DNA from: a virus
Taxonomy: Duplodnaviria; Caudoviricetes
Virus record (IMG/VR): IMGVR_UViG_3300031998_000044
Location: 26,712 to 90,711 of that record
Length of the DNA stretch: 64,000 bases
Strand: one strand, 5' to 3'
The translations under genes and the position numbers were made by a program. The notes under the pieces were generated by a model. It did no database searches and had not been told where the DNA came from. It was given only the letters and a program-made list of their open reading frames with translations. The first letter of the stretch is position 1; each line of letters starts with the position of its first letter. Below are positions 50,101 to 58,812 of this stretch, piece after piece.

Positions 50101-51713
50101 TTGCCGTTTTCAAATGATGATAATAAACCTAAAAGCATATCATCTTTCGGCATATTAGAAGTAGAATGTGATTCACTCCATAAAGCATCTTCTGTATTAG
50201 TGTTTTCGTAGTCTTCTATCTCATCTTCATCAAGTTTTTCTTTTATAGTGATAATAGTTTTAATATGGTCAAAGTTATCAATCAATGACTTGTACATCTC
50301 GCCCTTATACGTATCTTTTTCTTCTGCTGTCATTTCGTTATATTCATTACGTATATTGCGAAGCACTTGTGCCATCGTAACTTCCTTATCTTGACCTACT
50401 GTGAAGACCTTGTTATATTCGTGTTGAATTTTATGGCTGAATAATATAAGGTCGTGATTCTCAAAAAAATCACCATTATTTACAGTCGGAGCAGATTGGT
50501 CTATTTTAACGTTCTTATACAGATTATCAATGTTCTTTCCAATAGTTCCATTACCTGTAACAATTGCTATTTTATTATGTAGTGCAAATGCTTTCTTAAT
50601 TGAACTTGAAGAAGGATTGATATAAACAACTTTATCTTTTGATTGCTTATCTACTTTTTCAACAAAGTCTTTTTTCTCTTGCTCGTTATTGCTATATAAG
50701 ATGTATACTTCCGAATCACTGTTAATAATATCATCAATGTTATCATTAATTTCGTTATCAAAAATTTCAGATGCTGAAAAGTTCGATGTTATCTTAACAT
50801 CTTTAACTTTTTTTGTAGATAGCAAATCTTGTTTGGCAATTTTCCTTTCTTGTTCTTTTTGCTCTTTTTTTGAAAGTTTATTTACACGTTGCGGATTAAT
50901 CATTTTACTGATAACCGTAGCGTGTGATTTAGATGGTTCTGTTTCTTGCCAATACAATACCTTAGCATCCCATTTTTTTGCATCCTCAATAAGTTTAAGA
51001 TATGCTTGACGCAATTCTTCTGTTGCAAGTTTATTGCCATTATTATCGCCTGTTTTAAGCCAATTCTCAAATAAAATTGAATCTCTACCACGAACACCGT
51101 CTTTAAGCCAACCCATAAAAGGATTTCCCATTGAACGAGTTCTCAATGCATACTTAGGGTCTGCAAATTCTTCATTTTTACGGCTTGTACGATATGCTAC
51201 AATACCGTGAGGATTATCTTTAATCCAATCTTGCCATCTTAGTCTGCGTTTATTCTTACTACTTTGTTGCATCAATTGAGTGTCAACATCGATGCTTAAA
51301 TCAGCAAGTTTAAGATTATCAATTGATTCAGTTTGTAAAGTATCTTCTGATACGACTTTTTCCTCAACTATATTGTCTCTTAAAGTTTTAAGCCATTTGT
51401 TTGTATCAAATTCTACTATATCCGCTTGAAGCAAATCGTTATCAAGTTTCTTTTCAATTTCTTCTGGAATAGTTTTCTTTATACTCTTGTCAGTAGATTC
51501 TTTTAACTTTTCTTTATATCCTGCTAATAACGATTTATATGCAAGTGTAGTATAATCTTGAAACAATGTAGGATTATTGTCTTGGAAGTATTTAAAGATA
51601 TTACTATTTAATACCTCATTACAATATTTATCTGTCATTACAGATTCTACCTCTTTGTCTTTGACATAAGCGATAAAATCGTTTCTCCAATTATCGTTTT
51701 GAAAACATCCCAT
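44196..51713 (-). CDS. Virion DNA-dependent RNA polymerase (crAss gp66-like, two-barrel)
   Basis: 2505 aa; IDTVQFESAVKVG, CYRVPT...GSDFDVDKMY (DxDxD catalytic loop), IGIYANH and AASVDNAKDP motifs. Confidence 0.85.
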   Translation of the reverse strand: MGCFQNDNWRNDFIAYVKDKEVESVMTDKYCNEVLNSNIFKYFQDNNPTLFQDYTTLAYKSLLAGYKEKLKESTDKSIKKTIPEEIEKKLDNDLLQADIVEFDTNKWLKTLRDNIVEEKVVSEDTLQTESIDNLKLADLSIDVDTQLMQQSSKNKRRLRWQDWIKDNPHGIVAYRTSRKNEEFADPKYALRTRSMGNPFMGWLKDGVRGRDSILFENWLKTGDNNGNKLATEELRQAYLKLIEDAKKWDAKVLYWQETEPSKSHATVISKMINPQRVNKLSKKEQKEQERKIAKQDLLSTKKVKDVKITSNFSASEIFDNEINDNIDDIINSDSEVYILYSNNEQEKKDFVEKVDKQSKDKVVYINPSSSSIKKAFALHNKIAIVTGNGTIGKNIDNLYKNVKIDQSAPTVNNGDFFENHDLILFSHKIQHEYNKVFTVGQDKEVTMAQVLRNIRNEYNEMTAEEKDTYKGEMYKSLIDNFDHIKTIITIKEKLDEDEIEDYENTNTEDALWSESHSTSNMPKDDMLLGLLSSFENGKEDELGTPLYYDPMIVNNILTRMITGSKDRNDMIKKISENQRKYKFFPRLLQELENDKSGRLKSILFTKYANLYFANYVTINGNRIIDEGTAFATTSINLGVVNNPIPTLCVFSEDFDQNSTEILAKILTLNSGLEGTDDQNNEQLKQYLLQAGFELQDDEHNLNVLSNDELQEIKTNLGQIYANRAKYGFDDVTDFIDSNKNFYNNILKILNSISEQKTESIIRTKNQSVFVCADKNYIDRMFDGLRKDQKKFIIDEFLKYELFTSNARQSYETASNGCYSSLIKKLALSENDDWFRVSHFFVYKEKDSNPSKYSELTVDELAEINRKIFWKEAGVTGVNKEQFVWVHAPIYADKGSLHFYRVPIVDIESIGTVTYEEGYTEAKEPQIITEIKNLILLETNRISRAKDRWKQIQNGTLEPIDCYDILKGKPGNAHKYCFQPFLNNFKTRKNEKGEEYNVSLYDVLQEAKSNLEKENIIHEAAVQIYRRILFEDVFKHSDKDLTNTFKALIDALQAKDYTLYNETLNAIKGIDKNIQEQRDTLKANGDEYEYEINDEERIIERMQRVMTSYIRQADIQQLTISDPAFYKNEVDVQKRYAQVQAGYQRPDTKSKYGREYMRTIYLKDFNMSLSDEQLLKMKNFLQRAAEQDGVNIDVDAIVSSFSNGNINVADAQCFRCLSSYRSVRDMFGQWTDKDEALYQKIQNGETITADDYSQVWQTLKPFVYTQQESEYKDEKGASHNLKVGYQYKNSENVLFNMYMLFGDNRSALAELNRFMEEYDIDTVQFESAVKVGREGLIDLNNIEPDQIFNYLEEKTGVKTDEIVHETDEIDENGEKKKVKSKGNSHVIHEIPYSEYGIKTSTPPHMYDTEQQLGSQLKKLLQGDIPDNAEIYLDTEGLLSGFDNAAQDEQGKITFKVNGEEIELKEKEEIQPDGTKKTQRYLDKEGYLKLFNGLLSDMILDEYKDVQEIFSDNERLSNALQEMMGTSPKYDYDIKQALKVKDGKWVVDPKNPAIKDKVVLLMSSILKNRINKQLTRGGTAIQMACWRGNIKHDDGTYGPLKIVRDESTGRILYMEALMPAYSKSFIDSMINPDGILDPRKCKDKNLLNALCYRVPTEDIYSMIPLKIVGFTPMQFGTNIMLPQEITTLTGSDFDVDKMYMYFPDFKLRDKWNIDKDKAREFFNKSSVKMMADIEIKRQIDKDNLERKNNGEPELTDDEKKSISDRITDSYFDAYCVERKFKVQRPYFVRFDSNKDISENNTAQKRNLLLSLMRGCISSPHNITKEQNPGGFDYLKKLAGEVNPEVAQPMNLTESQYLNFFNLNMTGKRLIGIYANHNVAHALCQNSGLGLSKPIKIGKHEYKSLSNVKDTNNRRISRNIAEFLAASVDNAKDPVLAKLWQNNYTASTTCFLMRLGVPPKTIVSMYKYLNDTYPKEFKKFMDKGPAAFRRFAMDYNPEKPMAESFTYEYKGADLNSANFFAMLGYYESTIQNLETLNSLLKSDSTNGAMYDVTSIIENILKVNRLKQDSNLEGVDNLIPDFENNKDILKMSKQQIVEEIEKKVGKGNVKSYQTAYYLTWANFRQYFSSIIDDGMIDECINLGMQLPKFNSDNINKFINDYKKQQLRYLDYFKPILVNNQELSEEEQAEIAAKYGIESTERLQTISTNEIMENIKESVPKRLEEFKNKYPDNMFIKMLSRFSTKDGDYLMMKNIADMRAETVNEVKEAFNELFSNPYSNEDAVELIKYALCVNGFGYDPRSFISMIPIKTLSQIEGIQNIFNYFEIDNLDNFENEFIVKNDLVDYSLRLPKELPTVFKTPSKSKIIGTRPYTYTDYKTKLEVRVPGRYFVKLYETEDGAYYTEYKGEVKNPDYKDKIYEILDNEVISLQIGSYTYNQRDYDVDEEKREEAINNLVDNVIREANEQGIDLSNIDKETVMKVLSDDNSLGRFFNLNADPMSVYDPISIQWC

Positions 51714-51715
51714 AA

Positions 51716-54079
51716 TTATTTGTTTATATCTTTAACTATTTGAGCGTTTGCCTTTATCATAGTTTTATTAATATCGTTTGTAGTCTTAATATTAAATTCA
51801 CGTGCTTTTTCTTCAAGTGTCTGACGAACATCTTCTGTAACTTCACGTGTAGATTGTACTTTCGTATACATATTTTGTATAGAAGCATTAGCAGTAATAT
51901 TCGCAACTTCAATCTGTGCATCCGCTTTAATCTTAGCAAGTTTAAGTTGAAACTCTTGCTCTTGCTTAGCCAACTGCAATTGCATTTGCTGTTGCTGTTG
52001 TTGCATTTGTTGCTCTTGCTGTGCTTGTTGTTGTTGTTGCTGCTGTATCTCTTGTTCGTTCTTTTCGATGTATCTTTGTTTCTCTGCCATTGAAGCAGTA
52101 GAGAACATTTTAAGTGCAGTACTGAAATTAATTTGTTGATTTTGTAGACCTGCTTGTACAATAGTTTCGATTTGTTGTTTTTTCATTTGAGTATCTTCGC
52201 TATTGTCAATCATCAATCCATAATCACATTCACAATACATATCTCCGTCTATATCCATTAATTTCATTGAACCATCTGGTAGTATATATTGAAACTTCTT
52301 ACTCTTACCCTTCAATGAATATTTTGCTACTTCAAGTAATGCTTCAAGCGTTCTACGTTTTGTATCATCATGTAACTTGAAAAGCCAATCAGTAATATGA
52401 CTTGATTGTGTTGTAGCGTGTTCGATTCCACCTACGGTTTCACGGTTAGATACTTGACCTTCACGTTGAGGTGTAATACCAACCATTTTACCCATAGTAT
52501 TGTCGATATATTCAAGCAATTGTATATACTGTTGTATTTGCTGTCCGCTTGCATCAACAACAGATGCACTTGAATTAAATGCTCCTGCGGCAGTTGTATT
52601 AGTGTTTCTACCGTAATTTACTTCCTTAGCACTATCTTCTATGATTATGCCCATATTTTTGGCATAATATAAGAACTTATCCAAGTCCCACCCTTTTGGA
52701 ATACGTGTTTGGTCAAACTTAACCATAGTACCCCAACTATGTGCAATAGTCTTAATAAGTCTATCATGAATAGCATCGTAAAAGTAACTATACGGTTTCA
52801 TCATATCTACAAGCGAAAATGGAGTATCATCGTTTACAGAATAAATAGTACCGATAATTCCGAAATAACAACGGCTCGGATTACTCATACGGTTAAACTG
52901 AATAGGACACGGACGTATATCTACATAAATATCTTTACCGATAAGAGTACCTTGCCATGCTTCGTTTATCCAATATGGTTCTGCTTCTTCTCCATTTACT
53001 TCATCAGCCTTATATATTTCTGACCGTAAAAGATATTCAGGTTCACCTGTTTCTTGATTATATCGTTTGATACGTTGTATTTTTTTCTTCGACTTCCAGT
53101 ACATTCGGATAACTCTGATATTGCCGTCTAAGTCATACGGTAACAACGATTCTTGTTCTCCAAAAACTTTTTTGAAATTGATTTTGTTTTCTTCAAATAC
53201 ATCAGATAACATTTGAAGTCCGCTCGGTGTCATTGAATATTCATTTTCTTCTGAATTATCATCACCATCGAAATTCATTCTATCAATTTTTTTAATATCT
53301 GTATCTGTAAGTTTATCGTAGAATGTATCAATAATTTGCCCAGGAGACCAATAATCTTCTAAAACTATAATATCTGCTTCTTCAATTTTTGATGTATTAC
53401 CAGAACGATAGATGCGAACTTTCTTTGGATTAAGTTTTTTTATTGTCGGTTCACCACTAACAAGTTCTACTTGATAAAGTTCCCTACCAACAGTTAAAGC
53501 ATCTATAAAACCGTTATTCCATAACATAGGAACACGTAATTCTTTTACATAGTGATTAAGTAGATAGTTAGCAGTTAATTCTCGTTGGTCCTGATATTCA
53601 AGTGCAAAATAATCGCTATACTGTTGTAACTTCTGTTGAAATTCTTCTTCACTTTTACTTTGTCCTTGTATTTCTTTTTGTAAGAGTTCGAAAATAGCAT
53701 CTCTTTTTTCTATCTCCATTTCTGTGATGGCATTGCTATTTGTTACAACTACATGCCAATCAAATACTCTGTTCGCTTCCTCTCCAATAAGAACATTCAC
53801 CTTGCTATTAATAATCGGCATGTGTTGGATGTTATTAGGAATAAAGTTAGCCTGAATCTTTTCGGGATTCAATACCTTTTCCATATCTTCTATATGCACA
53901 ATACCGTTATACAAATCATAATTAATTTGCATAGCAAGTACGTCAGTTCTTGTATTATCACACGAAATAAATGATTCGTTAGCAGCCCAGTCTAAGTGCT
54001 GCCTACGCCATTTTTCCGTTTTCTTTTTGAATGGAAGTTTTTCGTATGGTAATTTATATGATTTCCCAACTTCAATCAT
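51716..54079 (-). CDS. Portal protein (crAss-like)
   Basis: 787 aa; INYDLYNG...PIINSKVNVLIGEE...GITPQREG...Q-rich C-terminal barrel. Confidence 0.85.
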   Translation of the reverse strand: MIEVGKSYKLPYEKLPFKKKTEKWRRQHLDWAANESFISCDNTRTDVLAMQINYDLYNGIVHIEDMEKVLNPEKIQANFIPNNIQHMPIINSKVNVLIGEEANRVFDWHVVVTNSNAITEMEIEKRDAIFELLQKEIQGQSKSEEEFQQKLQQYSDYFALEYQDQRELTANYLLNHYVKELRVPMLWNNGFIDALTVGRELYQVELVSGEPTIKKLNPKKVRIYRSGNTSKIEEADIIVLEDYWSPGQIIDTFYDKLTDTDIKKIDRMNFDGDDNSEENEYSMTPSGLQMLSDVFEENKINFKKVFGEQESLLPYDLDGNIRVIRMYWKSKKKIQRIKRYNQETGEPEYLLRSEIYKADEVNGEEAEPYWINEAWQGTLIGKDIYVDIRPCPIQFNRMSNPSRCYFGIIGTIYSVNDDTPFSLVDMMKPYSYFYDAIHDRLIKTIAHSWGTMVKFDQTRIPKGWDLDKFLYYAKNMGIIIEDSAKEVNYGRNTNTTAAGAFNSSASVVDASGQQIQQYIQLLEYIDNTMGKMVGITPQREGQVSNRETVGGIEHATTQSSHITDWLFKLHDDTKRRTLEALLEVAKYSLKGKSKKFQYILPDGSMKLMDIDGDMYCECDYGLMIDNSEDTQMKKQQIETIVQAGLQNQQINFSTALKMFSTASMAEKQRYIEKNEQEIQQQQQQQAQQEQQMQQQQQQMQLQLAKQEQEFQLKLAKIKADAQIEVANITANASIQNMYTKVQSTREVTEDVRQTLEEKAREFNIKTTNDINKTMIKANAQIVKDINK

Positions 54080-54987
54080 TTATTTATTATATTATTGATT
54101 TTATCTGCTATTATTTGTATGTCGCCATGTGGTTTGCCTGTTATTCCTTTTAATCTCAAATCTATAAAATGCTCCCATTCTTCTATAGTGGCTGTATAAA
54201 TTGCTCTTGTATGAGTATCAAGTGGAAGAATGCCACGAGCCTCATCAATATGAAATCCCATTCCGAATTCATTATCAGAACAGTTTCTTAAATCTTCTGG
54301 TATGTTTTTAATTGCTGTCATATAAAGCATCTCTGCATTTTTCATAGCACCTTTCCACCATTCTTTATAAACATCATTTTTTGTATTATACCAATAAGGC
54401 TTATTAAATGCAACTTCACCACCGAACTTATCTTTAGAGAAATTACAGTAACGAGTACTCTGTTCACATATGTAGAAGTTATCGTGATGACGGTTCATTT
54501 CACGAGTACAACCAATTGAAGTGTCTACTATGAAGGACCTGAAAAAACTTCTTCTTTCTTGATATTTATTTATAAAACGAAGCGTTTCATCAATAGTTTT
54601 AGTTATTGAAGTATTTTCATTCTTTTTGTTGTTATACTTGATTATTGATTCAATCAAAATTCTACCATTTATTGCATAATAACTATTACCAAGAGTTCCT
54701 TTTTGTATTGAATACTTATTTGTAACACACAAAATACAAATCATCTTCGGTTTGTAATAGTCAGGAATCAAGTGGTCATTTTGTAATTTATCAATATCGA
54801 GATAAATAACAGCGTGTTCAAACGGACTGAAATGCTTACTTTCAATAAGCCTTTCTACTAATGCTTTATCTTCAGTTGTCTTGTCACTTGCATAACAAAT
54901 TCTTGCAGCACGTGCTACTGCCTTATAGAAATTATCAACTCCTTCAAATTCTGTTACTTCTGTTACGTTTGGTTCAATGATTTTCAT
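54076..54987 (-). CDS. thyX: Flavin-dependent thymidylate synthase
   Basis: AARICY, HFSPFEH, TREMNRHH...EQSTRY and ARGILPL motifs. Confidence 0.85.
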   Translation of the reverse strand: MKIIEPNVTEVTEFEGVDNFYKAVARAARICYASDKTTEDKALVERLIESKHFSPFEHAVIYLDIDKLQNDHLIPDYYKPKMICILCVTNKYSIQKGTLGNSYYAINGRILIESIIKYNNKKNENTSITKTIDETLRFINKYQERRSFFRSFIVDTSIGCTREMNRHHDNFYICEQSTRYCNFSKDKFGGEVAFNKPYWYNTKNDVYKEWWKGAMKNAEMLYMTAIKNIPEDLRNCSDNEFGMGFHIDEARGILPLDTHTRAIYTATIEEWEHFIDLRLKGITGKPHGDIQIIADKINNIINK

Positions 54988-54992
54988 AGTTA

Positions 54993-55869
54993 CTAGTTTT
55001 TATAATTATCAACTTTAAATAAACCTTTAATGACTTCTTCTGTCGAAGGATTACATCCTAATTCAGAAATTTCGCTAAGTAACCATTGTTTGTCCTCTTC
55101 CTTAACAGCACCTATAACAGTAGATACATACCAACAACATACATCATCTCCAAAATGGTCTTTTTCATTAAATTCAGTACCTTCTACAACAGTTCTTTTT
55201 TCCTCATCAAAAAATGATAAATCATCACTATACTCAGTTGTCATTGGTATCTTTAAGTATACTTTAAAATTATCAATGATATTCTTATACCAATTAGCAC
55301 CTGCTTGAAATGCTTGGTACATAGCAACTTGTATATCAGTTTGCTTTGAAGTATTATTACTTACATATTCTTGTGCTGCTTTATTTAATTCTTGTACCAT
55401 AACTAATTTCCTCCTTTGTAAGTTTTATCTATAAATTTCTTCTACAGGAAAACATTTAAATGTCTGCATTTCACCATCAACTTCTTCAGTAACTTCGTGA
55501 GGTTCTCCTGTTATTTTAAGAGTAAAATCTGAAGATTCTGCATTGATGTTTTCAAATGGATTATCTAGAAATTCCAATAATGTAGATTCAACTCCTTCAA
55601 AGTTCATAGTTTTTTATTTTAGTTATAAATTCATTTATGTCTTTGCAGTATACAATATCTTTAACATCTGCTTGAAATCTAGCTAATGCTTGTTCTACTG
55701 TTAAATTACCCTCTGTTTCATCCGAGTAACCTACACCATGAACACCATTAATACCCATAAAATCAAGCCATACTGAATTTTTATATTCAGCGCAAGAACA
55801 AACATTGATTCCTGCTTGTCTGATTTTCTCCCTAATTTCTGGATTATTTTGCTTTAAAATAAATTCCAT
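54993..55869 (-). CDS. Three small hypothetical genes (54993-55400, 55425-55607, 55597-55869)
   Basis: Co-oriented ORFs between terL and thyX; the third probably starts at MEFILK. Confidence 0.55.
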
Positions 55870-55884
55870 AATATTAATTTTAGA

Positions 55885-55936
55885 CAAAAATAAGGGATAA
55901 TGATATTGTTTCATTATCCCTTAATAAAATTGTAAG
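55885..55936 (-). promoter_or_regulatory. Palindrome-plus-(-7) promoter E (thyX-portal-RNAP-cargo operon)
   Basis: - strand CTTACA-ATTTT-ATTAAG (55936-55920), 27-nt spacer, TATTTTTG (55892-55885). Confidence 0.7.
55894..55920 (-). terminator. Perfect 10-bp hairpin inside promoter E (terL terminator or operator)
   Basis: GGGATAATGA-N7-TCATTATCCC followed on the - strand by TTATTTTTG. Confidence 0.55.
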
Positions 55937-55942
55937 TATCGC

Positions 55943-58228
55943 TTATTGCAAAGAGAGTTTCACTTTAAATCTTATATCATAATTACGTGTAAAGAAATCG
56001 TCATTCCCAAGATAATCTTTATCAATTTCATCATCAGGTTTTACATTACCTCCGTATGCTACTATTCTATCTTCACGTAATAGCATTAACATACCGAGTG
56101 CAGAAACACGGTCATAGTTGCCATCGTTAGGATTGAATAGCATTAATTCTCTCAATAATGCCCTATTTCTTAGCGTATAAAGATGTGGAATCGAAACTTC
56201 GACAGGATTACCATTCAAGTCTTGATTGGTAACTGTATCAGGTTTTAATAGCCAATTTCGGATAAGAGTAAGAGCATAATTGTTGACTGCTTGTGTAGCA
56301 TTTGTACCTTTGCTTGTATTACCAAATGTAGAACATTTGACAAGTAATTTATCACGTAAATAATCCAATGTATCGGATAATAAATACAAACAATTCATTT
56401 TTGAAAAGTAAGCAAATATGCCCTTCTTATTGTTTTCATAGTTTAGTGTAGCATTATAAAACATACAAAGTTTGCGAACGTTTTCATAATAATCTTCTGC
56501 AAACATAGGTCTACCTGTATATTCTGCTACGATATTGTCTGTAAATAAATCAAAAACGAACATCGAACCAAGCGAAGTACTTTCGTCTGATTTATCGTTT
56601 TCATAAGGGTCAAGTCCTGCAATGTATCTACCTGAAAATGGTTTACCTGTATTCCTATCATTTTCAGGCATAACAATAATTTCTATTGCACCGTCAAGTT
56701 TTTCAGAGCCATCATTTTTATATTTATAGTAATCACGAATAGGAACTGAATTGTCAGGCTTAAATTCTATCTGATTACCGTTTTGAACAAGCGAACCTAC
56801 ATTGATTTCATTTAACAAATTAGGTTGATTGTCAAGTTGTGCCAATCTATTACCAAGTTCAGTAACAGGGAAAATATTTACACCTGTTTTTATAATTGCT
56901 TCGGCAGGTGTTATTGGATTTTCTGCTATTGTAGTAGCAATTGTTGCAGGGTCAGAAGAATTATGTTTAACTCTGTAACGATTTAGTAGAATCTCAATAA
57001 TAGCCTTAATTACGTCAGAATTACCGTCTTTATCATAGCATCCCTTCCTATTTAAATATGCAGGGAAGAAATAAACAAATCGCTTTTTACCTTGTGTTTC
57101 TTTATCGTAAACGTTTGGTAATGCATAAAGATTGTAGCCATTTGGATTGTACATTAATTCCTGAGCACCTTGAAAATCTGATTCCTTGTCACCTGCTGTT
57201 CCAACAAGGAATATCATACCAAAAACAATATCACCTTCTTGAACTGACGGTAGCCAAACGTTATACTGTTTTGATAACTTTGGGAACGAGCCGAACTCAT
57301 CAACATAAATGTGTCCTCGCTTACCACGCAGTTTACTTTCTTCATCGGCAGCAACGCCTATTACGGTATTTTGTGTACCACGTGCAATGTTTGTTTCTGC
57401 ATCTTTATATCCCATTATCCATGTCATTTCTTGAATGGATTCTTTTAAACGTCGTCGTGGAAATTCAGTATAAGAAGCACAATAGTCAATTATTGACATA
57501 AATTTATTAAGAGTACCGTCTTTAACAAGGTATTCTTTTTTCGATGTGGTAATGATTGTTTTATGTTCTTTATTAGATTCTTTGTTTTCACCGAATATAA
57601 AATTATGCGCTGCCATCGAACCGAGCATATACGATTTACTTGCACCACGTCGAGCCAACTCTGCACCGTGTTGACCACCTTTGAATTCATTATATAATCC
57701 ACCGTTTCGCATTTGGTCAATGTAATGAAAAGCATAGTAAACACCTTCCCATACTTCGGGGAAATCTATAACACGGTCCGCAATTTTACTGCCTTTACGA
57801 ATTTTTGATTGTATAATAGGAGAATAATTTAAATAGAAATACATATAACCTGTAATCCACTCGCCATCCGATTCACGTACCATACCGTTCCAACATCTAT
57901 CACGTTCTTGTCTTATCCATTTACCGTATTCGCTGTTCGGATTCGGATTTGGTTTTAAAAACGTATAACATTTATTCTTCTGATAGAATATTGCAGCCTG
58001 ACGAAAATAGTCCATATTTTCAAGAATATGTGGCTTAGTTACGTCTACAATGATACGTCCTTTGCTATCTCTTTTTAAGTCTTTCGCTTTCGGCTTATCT
58101 TCTCTTATGCAGTTGCGTATAAATGGAACTGTATTGATAAACTCAAACAATTGCTCAACTACTTCTTGTGGCAAGGTAGCAAGCAACTCTTCGGTAAGTT
58201 GTGTTTGATATTTATTGTACGTTTCCAC
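55943..58228 (-). CDS. terL: Terminase large subunit
   Basis: ARRGASKS (Walker A), HIYVDEFG (Walker B), GLDPY...GS and DRVSA nuclease motifs; 761 aa, no intein evident. Confidence 0.9.
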   Translation of the reverse strand: METYNKYQTQLTEELLATLPQEVVEQLFEFINTVPFIRNCIREDKPKAKDLKRDSKGRIIVDVTKPHILENMDYFRQAAIFYQKNKCYTFLKPNPNPNSEYGKWIRQERDRCWNGMVRESDGEWITGYMYFYLNYSPIIQSKIRKGSKIADRVIDFPEVWEGVYYAFHYIDQMRNGGLYNEFKGGQHGAELARRGASKSYMLGSMAAHNFIFGENKESNKEHKTIITTSKKEYLVKDGTLNKFMSIIDYCASYTEFPRRRLKESIQEMTWIMGYKDAETNIARGTQNTVIGVAADEESKLRGKRGHIYVDEFGSFPKLSKQYNVWLPSVQEGDIVFGMIFLVGTAGDKESDFQGAQELMYNPNGYNLYALPNVYDKETQGKKRFVYFFPAYLNRKGCYDKDGNSDVIKAIIEILLNRYRVKHNSSDPATIATTIAENPITPAEAIIKTGVNIFPVTELGNRLAQLDNQPNLLNEINVGSLVQNGNQIEFKPDNSVPIRDYYKYKNDGSEKLDGAIEIIVMPENDRNTGKPFSGRYIAGLDPYENDKSDESTSLGSMFVFDLFTDNIVAEYTGRPMFAEDYYENVRKLCMFYNATLNYENNKKGIFAYFSKMNCLYLLSDTLDYLRDKLLVKCSTFGNTSKGTNATQAVNNYALTLIRNWLLKPDTVTNQDLNGNPVEVSIPHLYTLRNRALLRELMLFNPNDGNYDRVSALGMLMLLREDRIVAYGGNVKPDDEIDKDYLGNDDFFTRNYDIRFKVKLSLQ

Positions 58229-58260
58229 TTAGTTATTCCCATCCATAATGACTTTCTTGT

Positions 58261-58812
58261 TTATTCAAGAAAGTCATCTTCCATTAAACTCTTTTCTGCG
58301 CCGCCACGCATTTTGGTTACTGCTTGTAAATCTTTTGTTAAAGCCTTTTCTGCTTCATCAAGTTTCTTGATAAGTGTTGGTACTTTATCAATAGCAGAAA
58401 CAACATTAGAAAGCGTATATATTGGCTTCCCATTAGCATCGGTAGCGTTCAAATCAATATTTCGTAAGAATATTCTTACTTTATCAATTGCAACTCTCGT
58501 ATCTTCTAAAACAAGTGCTGCCATTGGTTTGAACTTCTCATAGTATGTCATTGCTTCTTTTACAAGTGTATCAGGCTTCCATTTGGTTAAACCTTCGCCT
58601 TCGATAATTGCTTGTTCACGTTCAGGTTCAGATACGATTGAAGCATAATCTGAACGTGGGTCGCAGAAATGATATACAAACCCAAGTTCAGATATAGCAA
58701 TACTTTTATCTTTAGATTTGTCACGATTCCAAATATCAGCGAACACTTTGATTGTAAACGCTTCTTCTGAAATGGTTAGTTTGTAGTTCTCGAATTTAAA
58801 CAGTTTAATCAT
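58261..58812 (-). CDS. Conserved crAss protein upstream of terL (possible small terminase)
   Basis: IWNRDKSKDK...ELGFVYHFCDPRSDY...KMRGG pattern and position. Confidence 0.5.
   Translation of the reverse strand: MIKLFKFENYKLTISEEAFTIKVFADIWNRDKSKDKSIAISELGFVYHFCDPRSDYASIVSEPEREQAIIEGEGLTKWKPDTLVKEAMTYYEKFKPMAALVLEDTRVAIDKVRIFLRNIDLNATDANGKPIYTLSNVVSAIDKVPTLIKKLDEAEKALTKDLQAVTKMRGGAEKSLMEDDFLE

Noticed and set aside
51950-52050. CAG/CAA repeat tract in the portal gene
   Set aside because: A Gln-rich C-terminal coiled coil is normal for crAss portals; the mixed codons indicate a protein-level feature.
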